Below the pieces are notes generated by a model that saw only the letters and a program-made list of their open reading frames with translations, was not told the origin of the DNA and ran no database searches. The translations under genes were made by a program, and so were the position numbers. From Clostridia bacterium (GTDB taxonomy: Bacteria > Bacillota > Clostridia > Oscillospirales > CAG-272): a stretch of DNA of 42,027 bases. Below are positions 18,175 to 30,042 of this stretch, piece by piece. How positions within the stretch are numbered: the first letter of the stretch is position 1; every line of letters begins with the position of its first letter. The stretch is from the NCBI GenBank assembly GCA_017547545.1, contig JAFYPJ010000106.1, forward strand, positions 1 to 42,027, written 5' to 3'.

Positions 18175-19896
18175 ATGAGCATTATTGATTTAAGGCAAAT
18201 TCTTGCAGTAGCCATTAAAGCGGGGGTTGATTCGATCAATCCCGAAACAGCTCTGACTGCAGATGAAATTGCCGAAATGTTTGAATATCCCCCGGACGAT
18301 AAGATGGGCGATATTGCATTGCCTTGCTTTAAATTCAGCAAGACCTTGAGAAAAGCTCCCCCTGTTATAGCTTCCGAGCTTTCCGCTTCCCTTAACGGTG
18401 CGGAATTTGTAGAAGAGGCACAGGTTGCGGGCGGATATCTTAATATATTTATAGACAGAGATGCATTTACAAAAGCGCAGACAGAGGAAGTTATTGCAAA
18501 GGGCGAAAAATACGGTAGACTTACCATAGGAGAAGGAAAAACCATGGTTATAGACTATTCCTCTCCCAATGTTGCAAAGCCCTTCCATATCGGTCATCTC
18601 GGAACCACCGTTATCGGTCATTCTATTAAAATGCTCCACGAGTTTGCAGGTTACAAATGTGTAGGTGTAAATCACCTTGGAGACTGGGGAACTCAGTTCG
18701 GTAAACTTATTGTTGCTTACCGTAAATGGGGAAACCGCGAGGAAATTGAAAACGGCGGAATTGATGCCCTTGTGGCTCTTTATGTAAAATTCCATAACGA
18801 AGCAGAAAATGATCCTTCTCTGGAAGATCAGGCAAGAGCTGAATTTACCGCTCTTGAATCCGGAAAAGAAGAAAATCTTGAGCTTTGGAAGTGGTTTATC
18901 GATATCAGCATCGAGGAATACAAAAAGACCTATGCGCAGCTTGGCATTGAATTTGACAGCTATGCAGGTGAAAGCTTCTACTATGACAAATGCGGTCCCG
19001 TTCTTGAAAAGCTGGATGCCGCAGGCATCACAAAGATAGATCAGGGTGCAACAATAGTTGATCTTTCTGAATTCAATATGCCTCCCTGCCTCGTTTTAAA
19101 GAGCGACGGATCAACGATATACGCAACCCGTGATATCGCCGCTGCCCTTTACCGCAAGGAAACCTACGATTTTGATAAATGTATTTATGTTACCTCCGCA
19201 GGTCAAAGCTTACACTTTGCGCAATGGTTCAAGGTTGTAGAGCTCATGGGCTACGAATGGTACAACAAGCTTTCTCATGTTCCCTACGGTACTGTTTCAA
19301 TAGACGGAGCAAAGCTTGCAACCCGTACCGGTAATGTAGTTCTTTTAAAGGACCTCTTCGCTCAGGCAACAGAGAAGGTTCTTGGAATCATGAATGAAAA
19401 GAACCCCGATCTGGCAAACAAAGAAGCTACAGCAGAGGCTGTTGGTGTTGGCGCTATAGTATTCCACTATCTTTCCAACAACCGTATCAAGGATATCAAC
19501 TTCAAGTTGGATGATGTTCTTAAATTTGACGGTAATACAGGTCCTTATGCACAGTACACCTATGCGCGTTCTTCAAGTCTTCTTGAAAAGGCAGGCGGTG
19601 TTCCCGAAAATGCAGATTTTAAAAACTGTACCGAGGAAGAATTCCAGCTTGCAAAAACCTTATCCAAGTTCCCCGAAGCAGTTGCGGCGGCTCTTGATTC
19701 AGGTGAACCTATGATGATCACAAGATATATTCTTGATGTATGTACAGCATTCAACCGTTTCTATCATGAATGCCAGATCCTTTCTTGTAATGAAGAAAAT
19801 ATCCGCGCGCGTCGTATCGCTCTTACCTCTGCGGTACATACCGTACTCGGAAGTGCATTCGGTTTGATCTGTATGAAAAAGACCGAAAAAATATAA
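18175..19896 (+). CDS. argS: Arginine--tRNA ligase
   Basis: DYSSPNVAKPFHIGHL, NHLGDWGTQFG, KLATRTG, GNTGPYAQY; start ATG 18175 after SD AGGAG. Confidence 0.97.
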   Translation: MSIIDLRQILAVAIKAGVDSINPETALTADEIAEMFEYPPDDKMGDIALPCFKFSKTLRKAPPVIASELSASLNGAEFVEEAQVAGGYLNIFIDRDAFTKAQTEEVIAKGEKYGRLTIGEGKTMVIDYSSPNVAKPFHIGHLGTTVIGHSIKMLHEFAGYKCVGVNHLGDWGTQFGKLIVAYRKWGNREEIENGGIDALVALYVKFHNEAENDPSLEDQARAEFTALESGKEENLELWKWFIDISIEEYKKTYAQLGIEFDSYAGESFYYDKCGPVLEKLDAAGITKIDQGATIVDLSEFNMPPCLVLKSDGSTIYATRDIAAALYRKETYDFDKCIYVTSAGQSLHFAQWFKVVELMGYEWYNKLSHVPYGTVSIDGAKLATRTGNVVLLKDLFAQATEKVLGIMNEKNPDLANKEATAEAVGVGAIVFHYLSNNRIKDINFKLDDVLKFDGNTGPYAQYTYARSSSLLEKAGGVPENADFKNCTEEEFQLAKTLSKFPEAVAAALDSGEPMMITRYILDVCTAFNRFYHECQILSCNEENIRARRIALTSAVHTVLGSAFGLICMKKTEKI

Positions 19897-19960
19897 TCTG
19901 TAAGCCAAAAACTGCTTTTAATATAAAAGATAAAATAAAAAATTAAGGAGATATATAACC

Positions 19961-20689
19961 ATGTCCGGACATTCCAAATGGAGTAATATTAAACATAAGA
20001 AAGAAAAAAGTGACGCTGCCAAGGCGAAGGTGTTTACCAAGGTAGGTAAGGAAATTGCCGTAGCAGTTAAGGCGGGCGGTCCCGATCCTGTTTCAAACTC
20101 AAAGTTAAAGGAGCTTATTGCTAAAGCTAAATCTTTAAATGTACCCAATGATAATATTGACAGAATCATCAAAAAATCCTCCGGTGCCGATGCTGTTGAT
20201 TATGAAGAGATCACTTACGAAGGCTACGGCCCCAACGGTATCGCAGTTATCGTTGAAGCAACTACCGATAACCGTAACCGTACCGGCGGTAATGTAAGAC
20301 ATTTCTTTGACAAGTACGGCGGAAACCTCGGTCAGAGCGGATGTGTATCCTTTATGTTTGAAGATAAGGGTGTTATCATTGTTGAAAAGGAAAGCGGCGC
20401 CGACGAGGACAAGCTTATGGAGGACTCTCTTGAAGCAGGTGCTGAAGATTTCATTGCAGATGAAGATGTATTCGAGATCTACACCGTTCCCGCAGATCTT
20501 ATGGCAGTTAAGGAAGATCTTGAAGCAAAGGGTTACACAATTGCTTCCGCTGAAAAGGATAAAATTCCTTCAAACTATGTAACTTTAACAGATGAAGACG
20601 ATATCAAGAAGATGAACCTTCTTATCGAGCATCTTGAAGAGGATGACGATATCTCTGAAATCTATCACAACTGGGAAATCAGCGAATAA
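19961..20689 (+). CDS. yebC: YebC/PmpR (TACO1) family protein
   Basis: MSGHSKWSNIKHKK, YEGYGPNG, TDNRNRT. Confidence 0.95.
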   Translation: MSGHSKWSNIKHKKEKSDAAKAKVFTKVGKEIAVAVKAGGPDPVSNSKLKELIAKAKSLNVPNDNIDRIIKKSSGADAVDYEEITYEGYGPNGIAVIVEATTDNRNRTGGNVRHFFDKYGGNLGQSGCVSFMFEDKGVIIVEKESGADEDKLMEDSLEAGAEDFIADEDVFEIYTVPADLMAVKEDLEAKGYTIASAEKDKIPSNYVTLTDEDDIKKMNLLIEHLEEDDDISEIYHNWEISE

Positions 20690-20727
20690 TCGGCAAATTA
20701 CCGAAATAATCAATAAATTAAAAATAC

Positions 20728-20754
20728 CGGGGGAGAATTATTTCTCCCCCGTTT
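20728..20754 (+). terminator. Hairpin/weak terminator after yebC
   Basis: CGGGGGAGAA-TTAT-TTCTCCCCCG with only a TTT tail. Confidence 0.6.
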
Positions 20755-20765
20755 CAGGATATTTT

Positions 20766-21428
20766 ATGAATAATAAAGTTTGTTATATCATTGGTGCCTG
20801 TGATTTTTCCGAAAGCATTTCTCCTTTTGATGGTGATTATGTTATAGCCGCTGACGGCGGCTATAAAAGTCTTTTGGAAAATGGAATCAAACCAAACGCG
20901 GTAATGGGCGATTTTGATTCATTGGGATATATACCAAAACATGAAAACTTAATAAAGCATCCCACCGAAAAGGATGATACCGATACTGCTCTTGCATTGA
21001 ATTACGGGTTTTCATTGGGTTATCGCAAATTTCTCATTTTTGGCGGCATCGGCGGCAGATTGGATCATACCCTTGCCAACATGCAAACAATTTTGGGAAT
21101 GAAACGCAGGGGATGTGAATGTTATCTTGTTGGTAACGGAACCGTTATTACAGCTATTGAAAACGAAAGCTTTACTTTTTCGGGAAATGAAAAGGGTTAC
21201 CTTTCACTTTTTGCCGCTAATGGCATTGCGCAGGGAGTTACATTGGTAAACTTAAAATATCCCCTTGACAATGCAACTCTTTACCCCGATATTACCCTTG
21301 CTGTAAGTAACGAATTTATCACAGAAAAGGCAACAGTTACTACAAAGGGAGCATTGTATATGCTTTGGTACGAGGATTTTAAAGATAAGGAGGGCAGTAT
21401 TTATGAAAATAAGCGGTGCAATATTTGA
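20766..21428 (+). CDS. thiN: Thiamine diphosphokinase
   Basis: IAADGG, GDFDS, EKDDTD, GGRLDH, LKYPL, VSNE; start moved to ATG 20766. Confidence 0.93.
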   Translation: MNNKVCYIIGACDFSESISPFDGDYVIAADGGYKSLLENGIKPNAVMGDFDSLGYIPKHENLIKHPTEKDDTDTALALNYGFSLGYRKFLIFGGIGGRLDHTLANMQTILGMKRRGCECYLVGNGTVITAIENESFTFSGNEKGYLSLFAANGIAQGVTLVNLKYPLDNATLYPDITLAVSNEFITEKATVTTKGALYMLWYEDFKDKEGSIYENKRCNI

Positions 21429-22050
21429 TATGGACGGTACACTTATTGATTCCATGCCGTTATGGAATAATCTTGTTCGGGACTTTCTTATGGATCACGG
21501 AATTGAAGAATCAAAAGAACTTCACGAAAAAATGATGACCATGACTCTGGATACCTCAACACAGTATATCCATGACAATCTTCTTGGTGACCTTTCGGTA
21601 GAAGAATTAAAAAAGCAAATAGAAGAAAAGGTATGGACTGCCTACAGCGAAACCATACCCGTAAAACACGGAGTTAAGCCCTTCCTTTTCGCTTTACGCA
21701 ATAAGGGTGTAAGAATGTGTATTGCTACCTCAAGCCCCAGAATATTGGCAGAGGTGGTTTTAAAAAGACTTAATCTGATACATTATTTTTGCTTTATCTT
21801 TACCTGCGATGAATTGAAAACCACAAAAAACTCGCCCGATATCTATCTCCGTGCCCACGATATCCTCGGTACTCCAAAAGAAACTACATATGTTTTTGAA
21901 GATGCAATACACGCTGTTAAAACAGCAAAATCCGCAGGATTCAAGGTGGTAGGTGTAGAAGATAACAGTATGACCGAATTCAGAAACGAAATAAAGGAAA
22001 TCTGCGATATATATGTAAAGGATTACGATGATTTCCGCGGTCAGGTATAA
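21403..22050 (+). CDS. HAD family phosphatase (IA)
   Basis: IFDMDGTLIDSM, ATSS, K..PDIY, VFEDA. Confidence 0.9.
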   Translation: MKISGAIFDMDGTLIDSMPLWNNLVRDFLMDHGIEESKELHEKMMTMTLDTSTQYIHDNLLGDLSVEELKKQIEEKVWTAYSETIPVKHGVKPFLFALRNKGVRMCIATSSPRILAEVVLKRLNLIHYFCFIFTCDELKTTKNSPDIYLRAHDILGTPKETTYVFEDAIHAVKTAKSAGFKVVGVEDNSMTEFRNEIKEICDIYVKDYDDFRGQV

Positions 22051-22064
22051 TTATTGAATAAAAC

Positions 22065-22092
22065 AAAAACAGGATTTTCATCCTGTTTTTTT
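22065..22092. terminator. Bidirectional terminator between the HAD gene and the atp operon
   Basis: AAAAACAGGAT-TTTC-ATCCTGTTTTTTT. Confidence 0.85.
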
Positions 22093-22180
22093 AATATATA
22101 GAAATTTCTCCACCTCGTGAGACTAAATAATCACTTAATTACAATAGTCAAGGCGGAATTCGGTGCGCCCGGCGGCGCCT

Positions 22181-22593
22181 TTATTTGTTTGTATATTCTC
22201 TTTTAACCCTTAATCGGTTAATAGCTCTTGCCATTCTCACCTGAGCTGCATAATAATCCTGAATACTTCTCTTTTGGAGAATTTCTTCTTCGGCTTCCTC
22301 TGCGGCTCGGCGCACAATATTTTCATCTATTTCCTCAGGATACTCCGCTGTATCCACAAGCAAAAGCACATGGTTATTTTCCACCTTTGCAATTCCCTGC
22401 GAAACTGCGGCAATTATTCTTTCGCCCGAGGGAACAGTGAATTTAAGTGTACCGGGAACAATGGCGCATATAACATTGCTATGCTTTGCCTGAATTCCGT
22501 ACTGCCCCTGTGTTGTGGGTATAACAAGAGAGGTGCAATCCCCTTCATAAAAGGGTTTATCCGAAGCAAGAACCTCTAATTTGAAGCTGTTCA

Positions 22594-22594
<1 letters not shown>
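22181..22594 (-). CDS. atpC: F-type ATP synthase epsilon subunit
   Basis: IPTTQGQYGIQAKH, GIAKV, AE.PEEID, RAINRLRV; last gene of the operon. Confidence 0.93.
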
Positions 22595-24901
<2,307 letters not shown>

Positions 24902-24902
<1 letters not shown>

Positions 24903-26626
24903 TATCCTCGCTCCTGCAAATATTTCTTAGCTATCTTGATAATTTCCTCTTTATCCTCATCCAAAAGAATTCCTGTATCTTCAAGACGGGTTGTAATATC
25001 AAAATGACTTTCTTCAAATAATGCCAACAGCTCCAAGATAACATCTTTCACCTGATCCTCTGGAACATCCTGTAATGTATGACTTAAAACTACTATAAGA
25101 ATAATAACCTGCTCATACTGCTTATAAGGCTTGTACTGATCCTGCTTGAGCATCTGCATAAGTCCCTGACCGTAGGTGAGCTGGCGTTTGGTGGCTTCAT
25201 CAAGATCACTTGCGAACTGGGTAAACACTTCCATTTCCCTGTACTGTGCAAGGTCAAGACGAATTGCACCCGCCGCCTTTTTCATTGCCTTTGTTTGCGC
25301 ATCACCGCCAACACGGGATACAGAAAGACCAACATTAACCGCAGGACGCTGACCCGCAAAAAAGAGATCACTTTCGAGGAAGATCTGACCGTCGGTTATA
25401 GAAATTATATTTGTAGGAATATATGCGGAAACATCTCCCGCCTGAGTTTCAACTATGGGAAGCGCAGTCATACTGCCTCCCCCTCTTTTTTCATTAAGAT
25501 GTGCGCTTCTCTCCAATAATCTTGAATGGAGATAGAAAACATCACCCGGATAAGCCTCTCTGCCCGGTGCTCTTTCAAGCAAAAGGCTCAGAGAACGGTA
25601 TGCAATAGCATGCTTTGAAAGATCATCGTAAACTATAAGCACATCCTTGCCCTTTTCCATGAAGTATTCACCCAAAGCACAACCTGCATAGGGTGCAATA
25701 TACTGCAAGGGTGCCGGATCTGAGGCGGATGCGTTAACAACAACGGTATAGTCCATTGCTCCGTGATTACGGAAATTCTGTACCAGCTGTGCTACAGAGC
25801 TTGCCTTTTGACCTATGGTAACATAAATGCAGATTACATCCTTGCCTTTCTGATTCAGAACTGTATCAATTGCAATAGCACTTTTACCCGTTTGACGGTC
25901 TCCGATTATCAGCTCACGCTGCCCCCTGCCTATAGGAAACATGGAATCTATTGCAAGAATACCAGTTTCAAGCGGAGTATCAACAGACTGACGGTCTATT
26001 ATACCGGGAGCGGGATTTTCCAAGGAACGGTATTCTTCATAGTATATCTTTCCCTTGCCGTCTATAGCTTTACCAAGAGCATTTACAACTCTGCCAAGGT
26101 ACTCATCGCCAACACCTATACCTGCAACCTTACCTGTTCTTCTTACAATACTGCCTTCAACTATTTCAGAATCATCTCCGAACAGCATACAGCCTATTTC
26201 ATTGGGACGAAGCTCCTGAGCCATTCCCCGTATACCGGATGAAAATACAAGTATCTCACCGTAGCAAACATTATCAAGTCCCGATACGGTGGCAATACCA
26301 TCTCCAACGGTAATAACTCTTCCCTCTTCATAGGCAACTGCATCAGGATTCCACTTTTCCATGGCATCCTTTAAAAGAGGTATAATGTTATCTTCTTTAA
26401 ATTTAAGCTTATGAAGTGCATCCTTTAACTGAAGTAATCTACCCTCGTTACTCCAATCATACACCTCGCTTCCAACCTTGAGCCTGAAGCTTCCTTCGGA
26501 AAGGTCGGTCTGTTTCCAGATTATAGAATAACTTTCCCCGTATTTCTTTTCAAGGAATTCCACAAAGCGTTTTTCCTGAATTTTGCTTGGGGGAGTATTG
26601 GAGTAAAGCAACGCTTTATTACTCAT
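24902..26626 (-). CDS. atpA: F-type ATP synthase alpha subunit with N-terminal delta(C-terminal domain)-like extension
   Basis: [37 protein letters not shown]; start ATG 26626 (SD GGGTGA, overlapping the atpF end) gives 574 aa, about 70 aa longer at the N-terminus than usual. Confidence 0.93.
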
Positions 26627-27107
26627 TTGCATCACCCTTTTCAGCCTTATCGAGAAATTCATCAAAAGCCTTTGAGGTGCTGTGCTCCGAAACAAGCTTT
26701 TCCGCCGCACTTGAAACCATATTGGTTATTTCGCTGTGTACGGTTTTGAGCATTTTTTCGTGTTCCGCCTCTGTGTTTTTATGGGCAGCTTCAATTATCT
26801 TTTTAGCTTCTCCCTGCGCTTCCTTAATCTTTTCTCCGGTAAGCTTTTCTATTTCATCATGAGCCTGTTTCTTTTCTTCGGCAATTTCTTCGTCAGCCTG
26901 TGCAAGCTTTTCGTTATATTCAGCCTTATATTTTTCTGCCTCTTCAAGAGTCTTGTTCGCCTTATCGTCAAGCTCCTTATAATAAGCGGTACGCTCATCC
27001 ATAAACTTTTTTACGGGTTTGTAAAGAAGAAAATAGAGTATGGCAAACAAAAGAACAAAGTTCAGTAAGTGAAGCAGGATCTGTTGCCAATCAATATTAA
27101 GGGGCAT
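26619..27107 (-). CDS. atpF: F-type ATP synthase b subunit
   Basis: N-terminal TM ([24 protein letters not shown]) followed by a charged coiled coil. Confidence 0.93.
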   Translation of the reverse strand: MPLNIDWQQILLHLLNFVLLFAILYFLLYKPVKKFMDERTAYYKELDDKANKTLEEAEKYKAEYNEKLAQADEEIAEEKKQAHDEIEKLTGEKIKEAQGEAKKIIEAAHKNTEAEHEKMLKTVHSEITNMVSSAAEKLVSEHSTSKAFDEFLDKAEKGDANE

Positions 27108-27125
27108 TTACTACACCCGCCTTTC

Positions 27126-27491
27126 TTAAAGTACAAAGATTATGAGAATTGCAATAACAAGGGCATAAATGATTGCGGTTTCAACAAAAACCAACCCCAA
27201 CATAAGTGTTGTTCTTATTTTACCCTCTGCTTCGGGCTGGCGCGCAATACCGTCTACAGATTTGGTGATAGCCATACCCATAGCAAAAGCACCAACAGCC
27301 GCTGCCAAGCCAACTACTATTGCAGCAGCCCACGCCTTTGCGTTTATAACACCGCCATCGGTTTCTTCTACGGCACCTTCCTCTGCAACTGCTTCGGCTG
27401 CGGGAACTTCCTCGGAAGCAAATACGGGCATTGCCAGGCAAAACATCATCATTACTAAAACTAAAGCAATACAAATACCTTTGATTTTCAT
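27126..27491 (-). CDS. atpE: F-type ATP synthase c subunit with N-terminal signal peptide
   Basis: ARQPE loop and FVETAIIY; start ATG 27491 after SD GGAGG; N-terminal K-rich/hydrophobic segment ending AMPVFA. Confidence 0.92.
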   Translation of the reverse strand: MKIKGICIALVLVMMMFCLAMPVFASEEVPAAEAVAEEGAVEETDGGVINAKAWAAAIVVGLAAAVGAFAMGMAITKSVDGIARQPEAEGKIRTTLMLGLVFVETAIIYALVIAILIIFVL

Positions 27492-27514
27492 TTTTACATC
27501 CTCCAAATGTTTTT

Positions 27515-28339
27515 TTATCTTTTATCTTTTTTTGTTTTTTCGTGTGCGGGTTCGGATACCTCACCGTAGAACAATGCAGTAAGCATTGTTAAAACATATG
27601 CCTGTATAAGAGCATGAAGCAAGGTGAAAAGAACCGCTACAAGTATGGGCAAACCATAACTCAATGCTATAAAATGATAAACAAGCTCGGTTACAAGGGC
27701 ACCGCTGAGCAATGCGCCGAATATACGGAAGCTCATTGAAACGGGAAGTGAAAAGTCCTTGAGAGCCTGTCCCACACCCTTCAGTCTGTTTTCGGCAAAT
27801 CCGCCCGAAAGAATAACTGAGTATGAAAGAAAGCCCATCATAATAGCACCGTTTATATCCGCCAACGGCGCAGGTAATGACATTGATGTACCGTGAGTTG
27901 TTACAACCTGAACTCCGAATAACTCAAATATTGTTCCAACGAAGATATAAGCTCCTGCGGTGAAAAGATATGCACCGAGGAATTTATTCCTGTGCGGACT
28001 GTTCGACTTTGCAAGAGAATCAAACAAACCGACCGCTGTTTCCAAAATCAATTGGAATTTACCCGGTACCCTTTTAAATCGGGGAATCACAAATATTCTT
28101 ACCGCAAGGCAGAACACTAAAAATACACCTGTTACGGTAAAAGCCGATATAAGTCCGGGATTCACTTCCATTAGTCCGAAAAGGCTTATTTTATTTGTTT
28201 CATGAAGCACCGCATCCTTCATAAGCTCCCCTATTGAGCCGTGATGACCGGGAGATTTTACCACAACGGTGCCAAACATAAGTACTGCAGCCAATACAGC
28301 GAATATCGCAACAGCAATTATCCGTTTCTTTTTATCCAT
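27515..28339 (-). CDS. atpB: F-type ATP synthase a subunit
   Basis: [22 protein letters not shown] (essential Arg), LIQAYV.TML. Confidence 0.92.
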   Translation of the reverse strand: MDKKKRIIAVAIFAVLAAVLMFGTVVVKSPGHHGSIGELMKDAVLHETNKISLFGLMEVNPGLISAFTVTGVFLVFCLAVRIFVIPRFKRVPGKFQLILETAVGLFDSLAKSNSPHRNKFLGAYLFTAGAYIFVGTIFELFGVQVVTTHGTSMSLPAPLADINGAIMMGFLSYSVILSGGFAENRLKGVGQALKDFSLPVSMSFRIFGALLSGALVTELVYHFIALSYGLPILVAVLFTLLHALIQAYVLTMLTALFYGEVSEPAHEKTKKDKR

Positions 28340-28450
28340 CTTTTCTCCAATCTGTATTTTAACTATTATTATACAAAATTACCTAATAGTAGAGTATATC
28401 ACAATATTATTAAAAAATCAAACATTTTTTATACTATATTTATGTATATT

Positions 28451-28482
28451 TTAAAGCACCGTTCGTTTGAACGGTGCTTTAA
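28451..28482. terminator. Terminator upstream of the atp promoter region
   Basis: TTAAAGCACCGTTC-GTTT-GAACGGTGCTTTAA. Confidence 0.8.
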
Positions 28483-28890
28483 TTATTGCTTTTTCGTTTT
28501 TTTATATGCTTTTAACCCTTTTGGCTTTTTTGCTTTTTTTCTTATACTCAGAACCGGTGCAGCAATACAGAGTCCTATAGACGAAACATAAGGTAACCAT
28601 AAACGGGAAAATGAGCCGTTTTTTAGTATAAGAGATACCCCGTAAGATATAAGTAAAAATATTCCTGCAAAAATAAGACTGTATACAAGGGGTTTACTTT
28701 CGGCATTGCGCCCTATTACAAAACAAGGTATAAAAGCAGAAACCAGGAATGTTATCCTTGCATACAATTGAAGATTTTTGGTACTGTCTTCACTTTTTGA
28801 TGCAATAAAAGCAAAAACAAAAAGAAGCACCGCCATAGTAATAATACAAATGAGCAGTGCTTTTAAAAGCAACTTGAAATTATTGTTCAT
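28483..28890 (-). CDS. TIGR04086/YrzE-like (DUF3792) membrane protein
   Basis: Four hydrophobic segments and a Lys-rich tail; follows yajC as in other Bacillota; start ATG 28890 after GGAG. Confidence 0.6.
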   Translation of the reverse strand: MNNNFKLLLKALLICIITMAVLLFVFAFIASKSEDSTKNLQLYARITFLVSAFIPCFVIGRNAESKPLVYSLIFAGIFLLISYGVSLILKNGSFSRLWLPYVSSIGLCIAAPVLSIRKKAKKPKGLKAYKKTKKQ

Positions 28891-28941
28891 ATCATCTGCT
28901 CCCGAAATATTGTAATACAATATATTCAAAGCAGAACAATT

Positions 28942-29229
28942 TTATGCCTCTTCTTTTTCGCTTGCCTTAACATCCACACGGCTAACGGCAGAACGGAGAA
29001 TTCTGATCTTTGTTCTGTCCTTACCTGTTTCTATCATAACAGTTTCGTCCTTAATGGAAATTACCTCACCGATAATACCACCGATAGTAGTGATCTCATC
29101 GCCTACTTCAAGACCGTCACGCATTGCCTTTGTTTCCTTTTCCTGCTTCTTCTGAGGTCTTATGAGAAGAAAATAGAATATCGGAATTATAGCAACCATT
29201 GCAACTATTGAAATAATATTGTTACCCAT
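28942..29229 (-). CDS. yajC: Preprotein translocase subunit YajC
   Basis: FYFLLIRPQKK, GDEITTIGGIIG. Confidence 0.95.
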   Translation of the reverse strand: MGNNIISIVAMVAIIPIFYFLLIRPQKKQEKETKAMRDGLEVGDEITTIGGIIGEVISIKDETVMIETGKDRTKIRILRSAVSRVDVKASEKEEA

Positions 29230-29290
29230 GAATTATACCTCCTGAAAAATCAATTTAACTTATTATACTACACTTACATAGCTTGTGTGT

Positions 29291-29890
29291 TTAAATATTT
29301 GTAAACTTTTGCATAGCTTCCTTCGGAGAATAGTCCTTTGAAAGAATTGCGCAAACTCCAATATCACAAAAGTTATTTTTCACAAACATACTTTGACGGG
29401 CAACCCCTTCAAAGCTCATGCCGCATTTTTCCATAACACGGCGGCTTCTTTCATTGCCTATCATATATCGCGCTTCTATACGGTTAAGCCCCATTCGGTC
29501 AAATCCAAGCCTCAAAACAGCTTCAAGCGCCTCGCAAGCTATTGATTTACCCCAATATTCGGGGTTAAGTACATATCCAACCTCGCCCTTAAAGTTAGCA
29601 TTATCGAGATTTGCAAATCCGCAGGTTCCTATAAACTTGCCGTTAGATTTCAGCACAACACCAAAATCGTAAAAATCTCCCCTTTTATAGGCCGTCTCAA
29701 CTTGCTTTAAATAGTTTTTTGTGAAATCTATACTGTCATGCGGAGCCCATAAAAGATATTCTGTTACCTTGTCAAGGCAGGCATATTCATACATATCCGC
29801 TGCATCCGAAACTTTCATACAGCGAAGTACCAACCGCTCTGTTTCTATTCTGGGAGAACGGTCAAAAAGTTTTGTAAATATATTCATCAT
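29291..29890 (-). CDS. RimJ/RimL family GNAT N-acetyltransferase
   Basis: IETERLVLR, EVGYVLNPEYWGK, N..SRRVMEKCGM.FEG. Confidence 0.9.
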   Translation of the reverse strand: MMNIFTKLFDRSPRIETERLVLRCMKVSDAADMYEYACLDKVTEYLLWAPHDSIDFTKNYLKQVETAYKRGDFYDFGVVLKSNGKFIGTCGFANLDNANFKGEVGYVLNPEYWGKSIACEALEAVLRLGFDRMGLNRIEARYMIGNERSRRVMEKCGMSFEGVARQSMFVKNNFCDIGVCAILSKDYSPKEAMQKFTNI

Positions 29891-29984
29891 GCGATCCTTT
29901 GTATAATATAAGTGTCGGTACTTACAATTATAACCCTAAATCTTTCCTTTTACAATAGCAAGTTATAAAAAATTTAATTATATA

Positions 29985-30013
29985 TTGATTTACGCTTAAT
30001 TAAGTGATATTAT
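29985..30013 (+). promoter_or_regulatory. sigma-A promoter of proC
   Basis: TTGATT, 17 bp spacer, TG-n-TATTAT. Confidence 0.55.
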
Positions 30014-30042
30014 AATAATATATATGAATTCAGGAGTAGATT

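Noticed and set aside
26627-26710. Longer ORF-track start for atpA (likewise for gmk, argS, thiN, rsmE, srtB, atpE)
   Set aside because: These extensions overlap neighbouring genes, promoters or SD sequences; downstream starts have better SD placement or homology.
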